Assembly (NCBI GenBank): GCA_963693365.1
Contig: CAVNZM010000007.1
Coordinates: 248,001-312,000, forward strand
DNA from: Amoebidium appalachense
Lineage: Eukaryota > Protista > Ichthyosporea
Reading direction: 5' to 3'
DNA length: 64,000 bases
Numbering within the stretch: position 1 is the stretch's first letter; each line of letters starts with the position of its first letter. The notes under the pieces are model-generated. The model was not told the DNA's origin. It worked only from the letters and a program-made list of their open reading frames with translations, and ran no database searches. A program made the translations under genes and the position numbers. Of this stretch, positions 25,632 to 64,000 are shown piece by piece.

Positions 25632-26662
25632 CGGCTACGTCTTTTCACCACACACACACACACACACACACACAGTACTCCAAAACCGTTGAATCCAGCC
25701 GTAAGAAGAAAGGCCTCCCCGACGTAGCTCTTTCCACGGCTTTCGATGAATTCATCAAAACGAAGAAGATCACAGGCAAAGACCTGACCCTCCTTAAATG
25801 GGCGATAGATTCTAACATCCAACACGAATACGGTGCTGACACAAGCGCGCTCTCGCTCTACAACTGGGACTCTGACGAAGAATACGAAGGCGAAGAGGTG
25901 GTGTTCAAGGATGGGTACGAGCAAATCCCGAACAAAATCCTTAAGGAAGCGAATGCCACGGGTAAACTGAAGGTGTTTTTGAGCCACATCGTTAAGAAAG
26001 TCGACTATGCCACCGCCGATAAGGCGGTGGTTACCTGCTCAAACGGGAAATCCTTTACCGGAAAACGCGTTATTGTCACCGTCCCCCTGGGTGTCCTCAA
26101 GAACCCCACCGCTAGCACCGGAATCACCTTCACCCCGGCCCTTCCCAAGGACACCACCAACGCAATTAACGCTCTCGGTATGGGGCTTCTTAACAAGATT
26201 TACGTCGCTTTCCCCACGTCTTTCTGGGACAACACTGACGTGTTCAGCCTAGTTTCCTCCACCGTCGGCCAATTTACGGAGGGTGTTAACCTTAAGAAGG
26301 TGCTGGGTAAGAACGGCCTGCTCTTCTTCCAAGCTGGTGCGTACGGTATTGCCGGCGAGGCCAAGACCGACGACCAACTCGTAGGTGAACTTATGACAAT
26401 CCTCCGCAATATCTACGGCGATAAGATCCCCAACCCCTCTGCTAAGTTGGTCACGCGCTGGTCTCGTGACCCCTACACTCTCGGTTCCTATTCGTATCTG
26501 AAGGTTGGGGCATCCCCCAAGCATCGCGCCGCGCTTGCGAATGGCGTTAGTAGCACGCTGTGGTTTGCCGGCGAGGCCTGCAACACCGATTATCCCTCCA
26601 CCATTACTGGCGCCTTTGTGTCGGGCGGGGATGCGGCTGCCGAAGTTTTGGACTCGTTTTAA
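24362..26662 (+). CDS. Secreted flavin-containing amine oxidase (polyamine oxidase/LSD1-type amino_oxidase domain), 3 exons
   Basis: Exons 24362-24630, 25070-25202, 25676-26662. Signal-peptide-like [19 protein letters not shown]; FAD motif [62 protein letters not shown]...GAFVSG. Confidence 0.93.
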
Positions 26663-26754
26663 TAGAAATAGCCTGCAGTGCTCATAAGAGTTGTGGGGTG
26701 TCCACAGTTGCATTTGTAGATTAGACGTTTGTGAACGGGTTAAACTTCGAGAGA

Positions 26755-26963
26755 TGCTATAGTAGTGTATGTGTATGTAAACGTATGTGTGGTGAAAGTA
26801 GAAGATGAAAGAATGAGCGGTTATCCGCTGGCAGATGTATATATATCTACCTTGATGGTGCTAGAGTAGTGTATGTGTATGTAAACGTATGTGTGGTGAA
26901 AGTAGAAGATGAAAGAATGAGCGGTTATCCGCTGGCAGATGTATGTATATCTACCTTGATGGT
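26755..26963. repeat. 104-bp tandem duplication downstream of the amine oxidase stop
   Basis: AGTAGTGTATGTGTATGTAAACG...CTACCTTGATGGT present twice, near-identical. Confidence 0.9.
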
Positions 26964-27228
26964 ATGATGCGAGACATCAGTATGCAACATGAAATGGGTT
27001 GTGGTGGCCCGTCTCCCTGACTTCGTATTTATTTCACCTGTAACACAGTTGAAAATAAACTGTGAACAGCCGATGAAAACCCCCATGGCATAATTCCTTT
27101 CGAGTGTTTCGCTCCATTCGACATACTAAGCTGTGTTGGCACGTTAACGGCCACACATCGGAACATGCTCCCCGGCCTAGAGATGAGGTTCGGGTGCTAA
27201 AGAACTTCAGATTTTGGCTCCTAATGGC

Positions 27229-27827
27229 ATGAATTTCGCACCTGTTCCCATTTCCAATGTCCGTGGGAAATGTCCTATTCCCAATCTATCTCCCATTCAG
27301 AGATATCCTTTTAGATATTTATCTCCTTTATTCTTCTCTTCCACTATCTATCAGCAGTATGTTACTTGGTTTCATACTCAACATCCTTTGCTTCACCATG
27401 TTGATACAGAGTATCATAGTAGGACTCTTGAGCCCGTGCTTATTTTTATATTAGAGACTCGCCTTTTTTCTTTACAATCGTTGTGCTTATAATCATTCTT
27501 CCTCTCGTAAACCTACCACTCTTACTGATTTTGCAATTCTAACCCCATCTTGTGATATTGCTTGGAAATGTTTATTTTGGCGTTGTAATCTTTGTTTCCA
27601 TAAATGTTTGTGCCACTTTTGTGCAGAACCCTTTTTTGATTTCTCGTAAACATTTAGATAGACGTATTTATTTATCTCTGGTTATTCCGTTGGAAGTTAA
27701 CAGACTGGCTTATTTAGATAACCCTGGTATTACGTCTATTGACTATCTGTTAAATCACCGAATGTTTAACGAGTTTTCTAGGGTGTATGATTGTCTAAGT
27801 CGTTATCTTATCCGTATCCGAGAGTAA
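27229..27827 (+). CDS. Orphan Cys-rich ~198-aa ORF (two +1 T homopolymer breaks), compositionally foreign
   Basis: Joining frames at the T runs 27464-27469 and 27632-27637 gives one ORF rich in T-ending codons with CLFWRCNLCFHKCLCHFC; AATAAA at ~27896 and A9 at ~27918-27926. Confidence 0.5.
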
Positions 27828-27966
27828 GGTTTCTTGTATCTTCTTCGCTGAGATATCTGTGATATCTCGATTGCCTCTATTTTGACGAGAATATCAATAA
27901 AGTCATTATAAATATACAAAAAAAAATCAAAGGCAAAACGAGAGGATTCTGCCCCCCCTTCCCCCC

Positions 27967-27999
<33 letters not shown>

Positions 28000-28169
28000 A
28001 ATAAAAAACACATACGGACACGTGCATTCACACATACATCTCAAGCACAAGCAAACACGTATTCATGTGCACGTGCACGCACACCATCTAAACACCATAT
28101 CAAGCTGCTTTTACCGAAACTAACCCCCCCCCCCCCCCCCCCCTCCCCCCCCCCCCCTCCCCTTCTTCC

Positions 28170-28203
<34 letters not shown>

Positions 28204-28776
28204 ACCCCTTGCTGAGCAGCACGAACATACTCGGTAGGGCACAATGATGCTCACAAGCACACGCCGCCACACAGAGAATATTAACCTGACCAATGCATGC
28301 CCTGTCCTGCTGTTTTTCGACCACGACACAGATTTACTTGTACCGTTTTGTTTTACCTTGGGTCGCTCCCGGCCAGGTGTTGGTTGAAGTGAGTTTGCTC
28401 ATTCACCACTAGCACGACTACGGCAACCCCGTGGGCAACTTGAATTATCAAAATATGTGGCCTGGTGACAGCCGGGGCTACGTATCCTGATATATTACAG
28501 TTGCACTATGCATGAGAGTACTTTCTGCGTCTAATGTGGATAGCGTCACAGTCATCATGATATTCCATAATATTGGCTCCCTTGAGGCAATGCCTCCGAG
28601 AGTGAAACGGGATAAAAAATATAATTAAAAAATTAAAATAGAAATAAAAATAAAAATTTAAGTGTACTCGTACGGAGTAGCCAGCCTGATGCCGGGCACA
28701 ATCATGAAATAGAGAGACCAAAAATCGAAGTAACACAAAATTATTAGGTGCCGCGGAGACGGAATTATCAATGTTT

Positions 28777-28824
<48 letters not shown>

Positions 28825-29193
28825 GTGTAAGTTGTAGGTTGAAGTGCGGGGGGAGGGGGGGGGGGGGGCGCCCCTCCAAACCCTTCCCCCCCCCCCCCCC
28901 CCCCCCTGCCCCCCAGGGCCTAATGTACACGAACACACACGAACACACCCCTTTCGAATACCGGCGCAAGCACTAGGAAAGTTGTAGACACGCTGTCACA
29001 CAATAACATGTACACACTAACAAACCTTTCCAGTAAATACACAAGAAACGGTAGGCGCTCCCTCGGGCGCTCACACACACACAGCGTCACACACGCGTAC
29101 GCGCGAAAACACACACACACACACACGCTCACACACGCACGCATGCGCGCGCGCGCACACACACACACACACACACAAGCACGCGCACACAAG

Positions 29194-29252
<59 letters not shown>

Positions 29253-29947
29253 ACACACACGACATTCATGTTGCCTAGTAGGTCTATACTACCCCCCCAC
29301 AACGCCCCCCTCTCCCCTTTGGAGTCCCTCTTGAGCCCCCCCCCCCCCCCCCCCCCCCCTCCCCCTCCCCCCCCCCCCCCCTCCTCACTCGCTACTCCTC
29401 CCTTACACCCGACCCACCTTTCCACTCAAGATTGGCTGAATCAAGACAGATAGATTTTTGGTACTGCAAGATGGAAAAAAGGGCATTTCACTACGGTGTG
29501 CATTGGTCACCAAAATTGTCTGTGGGTGTCTTTTTTTGACAAAGTGTTTATGGCTCCACCTGAGGTTCGGTCAGCCATGGGCGGGATGTATACCTGGAAA
29601 ATTAGACCTAGAGGTATGTCCTCCGTGACCTATGCATTCTCAGAAAGTTCGAACCCAGCTATGGTGTCTGTACATGTGTTGTGACGGTTGAAGGCAAACC
29701 AGTGACTTTCAGAAACCCTTTGCGTGGGTCCCAGATGAACCCATGTATCTAACAGCGCCACATGAGCACATGTACATAGCAATGGCATACAGGTATGTGC
29801 TAGTGTGGGGGGGTGTAATAATGATGGGGCAGTTTGCAAAACACCTTCCAATTCGCCAATGATTCTCACATCCTACCATATATACATGCGGGGGACAGGC
29901 CCTACCTACCAATTGCAAGGGAGGCGGGGAAGGCTGGGTGGGTGGGT

Positions 29948-29985
<38 letters not shown>

Positions 29986-30242
29986 ATGGAAAAACCCTCG
30001 GTACTACGAGTCATGATGCACCCAGTCTGAAGAACGTTATCCAAAAAAGAAAATTAAAAAAATAGCCGAGGCTGAACTTCAACTCCACTTCATTATTTAT
30101 TTAATCGACTTACATACTTTATAAAATTGTTTTGCATGACAAGAACACATGAGAACCCTGTATTGACGCTATGTACCTGAGAAAACACCACCAGTGTAAG
30201 AGTGAGGGTGTTTTCTATACCTGCTGCTGGTGGTCATTGCTG

Positions 30243-30281
<39 letters not shown>

Positions 30282-30297
30282 TGGTGGTGGTGGTGGT

Positions 30298-30348
<51 letters not shown>

Positions 30349-31456
30349 GGGGGGGGGGGTGAGGACCAGTAAGGGGGGTTTCAGATTTGGTGCCGGAGCA
30401 GATTATGGCCATCGGTGGGGCTTAAAATCGGAGTCCCTTGAGTGTTGATGATTTGCTCCTGGTCATCATCTGTATGCAATCGAACCGTGTGAACGGTGTC
30501 CTCGAGTGCACACAAAGGATGCTCGCACTTGAATTTATTGGGTGCAGCTGGAGTGCACCCTCCCCCCCCCCCCCCCCCCCCCCCTCCCCCCCACCCACCC
30601 ACCACCACCACTACCATATCGCACCAGTCCCCTTCCGACGTGCGCAAACACAATCACATGCATCTACTTACACCCCGGGACACGCGTCTAGCACAAGAAG
30701 ACACGTGCACGTAGGCCAAACCGAGGGGGCACTCAATGTAAATATGATTGAAAGTCGCACACTATTGCATGATAGTGGCTGGGGAGGAGGAGGGGTAGCT
30801 CGGGGCAGGCGGGTGGGCAGGCCGGTGTGGGAGGGGGGTGATGGGGGGGGGGGGGGGGGGGGGGGGGTGGGGAGGGAGGACTTGTTTTCACGGCATGCTT
30901 CTGGGGGGTATTACTGCCTGCTGCGTACACGTGTGCATGATACGTGTATCCGTAGGTTGAGCGTGTGCTAATAATTTAGAAAACAAACAAAAAAGTGGGA
31001 GTACGAGGGTGAAAACGTCTTTTCTAAGGGTCTTAGAGAAATCGAACATATACTGTTTTGAGAGGCTGTAGATTAGTATTTGGGCCCCGATTCAGGCCCC
31101 ACTAATGCTATACAATTCATAGTATAGACCTTAATCGAGTTATAACGGATTTGGACTGTGACAGTATGACCAGCGTAGGATGGGTGGGCCCCACTTTTGA
31201 GCCGCCAAATTCAACTAGGGATCGGAAACTGGTCAATCGCTTCAACCTCTTTCTTCCTTCATCCAGAGACCATTCTTTCCTCTCCCCCCCCCCCCCCCCC
31301 CCCCCCCCATGCCTACAGCAGGAGCACAGTCCCCCCCCCCTCCCCCCCCGCCGTCGCCAATGCCCAATTAGTCTAGCCCATTTTGCAACCCCCCTCCTGC
31401 TGCACTAGCCATTGGTCAAAATGTTTGAGCAAAACAAAGCTTTAGTAGTCGATATC

Positions 31457-31491
<35 letters not shown>

Positions 31492-31827
31492 CCTCCTCGT
31501 CCAAGCTTGCAAAAGCTATTCACTTCGGAACACCAACACGTTTCCCCACACACAAGCACACCAACTTGCAAACATACCTAAATGGAATTGCGGCGCCACA
31601 GCAGTACGGGAGACTTCTTATCCCACACAACTTTTGGATGAACGGGTGCTTTTACTTCGAATAGAATACTAACATTAAACGTATATAAGCCGTTTATCAG
31701 CTCTAGGCCTTCATTCAACGTTACCACGTTGCTTTAACTCATTCATTCGTGCTAACAGGCTGAACCACACAAGGCAGCGTTAAGCGCAGGTCGGACAACT
31801 TGCCGACGTGCCCATGCCCTCTCTGGA

Positions 31828-31872
<45 letters not shown>

Positions 31873-31930
31873 ATGCGCGTTAATTTGATAGGGCGCCGCA
31901 CACATGTGTGCCTGTATCCGTGTGTGCATG

Positions 31931-32104
31931 CTATTGTGGCTGTGCCCTTGCCAGTGCAGCCTCTGCTGCCCTCCGTCTGACTGCCTCTCTGTCCGGGGTG
32001 GCGGGTCCGTCCTGTGCTAGCTGCGAAACACGTGCACGGCTGGCGCCTGTGCCTGTGGGTGTATGGGTGGTGTTATTTACGTGGGTGTGAGCGTGTTTAA
32101 GTGG

Positions 32105-32139
<35 letters not shown>

Positions 32140-32523
32140 CCACGTCTGCTTGCACGTTGAAAAAATCAAATCAATGCAAAGCTCTTAGCTAGACTTCCTC
32201 TCCCCAGCTTCTTCCTGGCTGTTCACTTGAACAGATCACCCCACCTCGGTGACCCCCTCCTCCCCCCCCCTCTTCCCCCCCTCCCCCCAGCCCTCCTCCT
32301 ACCCCCCCCCCCCCCCCCCCCCCCCCCCTCTCCCCCCCCTCCCTCCGGCCCCACCGCCCCCTCCGTAACCAACTGGCCTGCAAATCTCTTTGGTTCTCCT
32401 TACCTGCACAATCAGCTCCTAAAACAAAAGTGCATCAAAACAAAAGTGCATCAAAAATACTGTTAAAAGAAAGAGTCTTAAAGTTTATGTACGGCAACAC
32501 GCACGTAAAGCAGCACACCATAC

Positions 32524-32567
<44 letters not shown>

Positions 32568-32919
32568 CTTCCCCCTCCCCCTTATTCCACTATTTCCGAA
32601 CCTGCATGTAACCTGCCGGCCACCCACCTGTCTTTGCACCAGCACCCATGCCCCCACTCCTTATTTCGCTGTCCAGCTGCTGTCCCGTCAGTGTTCCCGG
32701 TAGCGTGTAGAAATCTCTGTTGAAGACAGAATACGCTGAGAGCTCTCCTTCCCCTCTGCTCCGGTGGCTTAGGTTGGCCAGGACGAGGTAGAAAAGTGAA
32801 AACATGAAGAACACCGTGCCCCATTCATAGAGCGCTGCGACCCACTGCAACGCAGCCCACACGGCCAGTTGTGCAAGCACACGACCCCATGCTAGCCCGG
32901 CCTCCCCGTCCTTTACCAT
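31931..32919 (-). CDS. SAYSD1: SAYSvFN domain-containing protein, probably 3 exons
   Basis: Hydrophobic segment then GELSAYSVFNRDFYTLPGTLTGQQLDSEIR (32919 to ~32613). Probable exon 2 at ~32403-32370 (GKENQRDLQAS) and last exon ending REAVRRRAAEAALARAQPQ* at 31931. The downstream junctions are uncertain. Confidence 0.85.
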
Positions 32920-33480
32920 TCTGATTGAAAGTCAAACTTTGGAGTAGTTAGACACTCAACATGATAGTAGCCTGACTCTCAAGTTAACTCAACTTATGCT
33001 AGCAAAAGGCAATGTACCTGGAAAAAAGAGTGAAATAAGTTCTCAGTAAAAAAAGGTCTGAAAAAAAGAAATAAATTAAATCTGAAAAAAAGAAATAAAT
33101 AAGCTCTGGAGTACTAAACCGCAATCCCTAAGGCTGATCGAAGTTTCAGTGAGTCACGACGACGATTACGCAACTTGGCAACATGCACCGCACTTTCTGT
33201 GTAGCCTTACGCGAGCACATTGCTTATGATTGGATTAACACGCACTGCTTTTGAGCGGAAACCCAATCAAAACGGTTTGTGGCATGCGATTTCACGGCAA
33301 TATGATTGGCCTTACAGTTTTCTAAACAAAGAAAAACACAGAGCTCGAAGGCCTCGTGATACAAGTGTGGATGAGGGGTTGTGCAAAGAGTGTTCAACAG
33401 TGTCATGCTTGTGCGAAAGTATAGTTTGGACTGAATGTTTCATTGCAAAGCAAGAACATCTAGGCTCGCAAGTTCATGGT
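32920..33480. promoter_or_regulatory. Divergent promoter region between SAYSD1 and the ABCC gene
   Basis: Head-to-head ATGs (32919 -, 33822 +); TGAGTCA at ~33150 and CCAAT/ATTGG boxes at ~33229, 33263, 33305. Confidence 0.4.
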
Positions 33481-33821
33481 GGGTAATAGTGGGTGTGGTG
33501 TATGCATGATCAGACCTGTTGTGGTGCGGTGATGACTGGATGTGTGGGTGTGCTGTGGGTGTGCTGGTGGTGATCAACCACACATTGAGAACCTTGCAAG
33601 GTTACAAATGGCGAAAGGCAATACACTGTTACATACACTGTACTGTGGGCGTGTGGTATTGGCTTTGGAGGGTTGAGGTGCTTTCTAAAAAGAAGACAAG
33701 GGGAAGGGGCTGAGTTTTAACAAAACCTGAGGTTCATTAATTAGTTCACAACCAGGGTATGCTTGTGACTTCAGTACCACAGAACACAACAACCTAAATT
33801 GATTTCTTTCCCCACAGAGCC

Positions 33822-61941
<28,120 letters not shown>

Positions 61942-62213
61942 GTGCCTGCACGTGCACACACACCCCTTCTTTACAGATCTGGACTTGGGTCGCACTTTGC
62001 TTCCATGTTTGGATAACGTTGTTAGGGCCACGTGTGCCCTTGCGTTGTGTAGTCGATGTTATGCATACGGTTTTACACACACTGAGCGTTCTGCACTTTG
62101 TTGTTCCCCACGTTACCTGAACCCATCGGCACATTTTTATTTTTTGCACTTCGTTCCCTTTCTATAGACACCATCATTTCACACGGACTGATAACCCTCG
62201 CATGCACAGCATG

Positions 62214-63209
62214 TTACATGACTGATAGTAGATGAGTGAGAGATTGAGTACGAGTATGAGATTGTTGTAGACGCCTACTGGCTGGCCCAGGGCGCATAGC
62301 CGTAGGATCGAAGTCTGCGAGAGAGGTGGCGTCGGTAGCACGTTGGATGATGCTTACGAGGGTATCACGGTAGCCGGCACACACAATGAACACTGTGTAG
62401 CAACGGCCAATGAAGAACATGTCGGGAATCATTCGGTTGAGGACACCGAGGGTGTAAAGACGGTCACGCATGGTGCTGATGTTGGCCGGCACCATGGTGA
62501 AGGCTGCAGTGGTCAACTCGGACTCGTCGGTACCCTCAGGGGCAGGGTCAGACGCCACCCGAGGGCGGCGGGTTGGGTGCCGTGCCGACGCTGCGGCAAG
62601 GGCCGCCATGGCCTGGGTAGCCCCGTGGGTCTGGGCCACCGACTCGGCATACGTTTTGACTTCCTCGGACACGTACACGGCCTTGGCGTCCACTGTAGTG
62701 CGGTACACCTTAGGGTTCGTTGTGGGTATGAACTTGGGAGACCCCGGGGGAGTGGGTAACCCATCGGGGGCTGCCTGTGCTGCAGGGGCCGGGCCCGCAT
62801 GGGCAGGGCCAGTAGGGGGTGCCCGGTCAGCTTCCAGCTGCTGTAAGCGCGTCTCCATGTGCTGAACGAGGAGGTCCATGTGGTCCTGTTTGGCTTTGTA
62901 CTCGGCTACTTGGGTTGTTAAGTCGGTGACTTGGGTGCGGAGCTGCTCATGATGCGCCATAAGTATTAGCACGGATTTCTTAGCCTTCTCGGGTATCAAG
63001 TGCAGTTGTTCTTTCGTAATAAAACTACTGGCTGGCGGCACGGCCGGTGGCCCTTTAACCTCGGGAAATTTAAGGGAACCTGATCCGCCCGGCTCTGTTT
63101 CGTTAACCTCTTATCTGGGGATTCTCCGTCCCGTGTATCACGTTTGCGGCTCCCAGGCGGTGTCCCAGGAGGGTCCGGGGACAAGGATACGTCCTGAGAA
63201 GCTTGCCAT
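62214..63209 (-). mobile_element. Degenerate ORF1/gag-like gene of a non-LTR retrotransposon, no ORF2 present
   Basis: N-terminal DPPGTPPGSRKR, coiled coil (EQLRTQVTDLTTQVAEYKAKQ...METRLQQLE), Pro/Ala linker, then ISTMRDRLYTLGVLNRMIPDMFFIG...VFIV...Y...DFDPT, which recalls ORF1 proteins of non-LTR elements in early-diverging fungi. Two frame breaks between 63209 and 63041. Confidence 0.6.
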
Positions 63210-63299
63210 GGATGGGTTCTAGCTGCCCCTCTAGGGGCCTAAGTAGAGGTGGATGGATGAACGAAGTGGATGGATGAACGAAGCCAGGCCCTCAAGGGG

Positions 63300-63360
63300 T
63301 TTTGGCGCGAAATACCATATTTGGTTCTTTCTATTATCATTGGCTGGAATCAGCCAATCA
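63300..63360. promoter_or_regulatory. E2F-like site and inverted CCAAT pair
   Basis: TTTGGCGCGAAA at 63301-63312; ATTGGCTG-GAAT-CAGCCAAT at 63340-63359. Confidence 0.35.
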
Positions 63361-63893
63361 GCTGCGGCTACGAATCTGGGTCAAGTGACACGACTTGACT
63401 GAGTTGTTCAATGTGAACACACACAAACACGGTGACAAAGAAAGTTGGTAAACGTCTTGAACACAGTTGAATATGGCACTCGTTTGACAACATTTCGTTC
63501 TCTGTGCCAGTCTACTAGCCCTCCAGCGTATTCCATCGAGCGCTGATAGCACTGCACGCACCAAGCCTGTAGATTAACACATGTACATGAGTGCTGCTCT
63601 AAACAGCGGGGATTGTGGCGTGCTGCTCTAAACAGCAGGGATTGTGGCAATCTTACGCAAACTTGATGCTTGCACAAGGCGTCAAGAGTTGAAACTTTGG
63701 CGAAAACTCGTGAGCTCTTTAAAAAGTTTCATTATCAGTGGGCCAGTTAACGTTAGGCGAATCCCTGCAAGTGTCGTTGTATTTAACACCCTGGGTTTCT
63801 CTGCTACATAATACCACTCGCTTCGCATAGACACCTTCTTTGTGTCTTAGCTCAAGTTGTAACACTTTACCTTTTCGCATTCCTGTCATCACC

Positions 63894-64000
63894 ATGGCAC
63901 CCAGAGTGGAGGATGATTCTGCCCCACAAGAAAATTGGGGAAACGTGAAGTGCTGGGCTTCCTGCTTCGAGAAATTCGGTGTGTTGACCCACCTGTCATT
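63894..64000 (+). CDS. Possible start of a gene running off the window
   Basis: CACCATGG context; open frame MAPRVEDDSAPQENWGNVKCWASCFEKFGVLTHLS to the window end; no recognisable domain. Confidence 0.25.
   Translation, partial: MAPRVEDDSAPQENWGNVKCWASCFEKFGVLTHLS

Overview
Intron-rich eukaryotic genomic DNA. The proteins look opisthokont-like, possibly from a unicellular holozoan, but the lineage cannot be fixed from sequence alone. Introns and intergenic DNA are saturated with poly(C)/poly(G), (CA)n/(GT)n and (CT)n tracts, which produce most of the spurious ORFs in the track. Genes assembled by hand: the 3' end of a Gly-rich ORF; an intronless TRM6 (- strand) head-to-head with a 15-exon TRM1 that has a hidden mitochondrial-presequence exon; an intronless, frameshifted F-box/LRR gene; a 3-exon secreted flavin amine oxidase; a foreign-looking Cys-rich ORF followed by AATAAA and an A-tract; SAYSD1 (- strand) with a probable C-terminal VIM; a 35-exon long ABCC/MRP transporter; and a broken non-LTR ORF1-like gene. 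Mobile DNA includes a MULE-like element with a 9-bp TSD, a ~280-bp foldback, and a dispersed intronic repeat family ending in a branch-point-like motif plus poly(C). Several reading frames break at a single extra base in a homopolymer, probably consensus error. Exon coordinates were read manually and may be off by a few bases.
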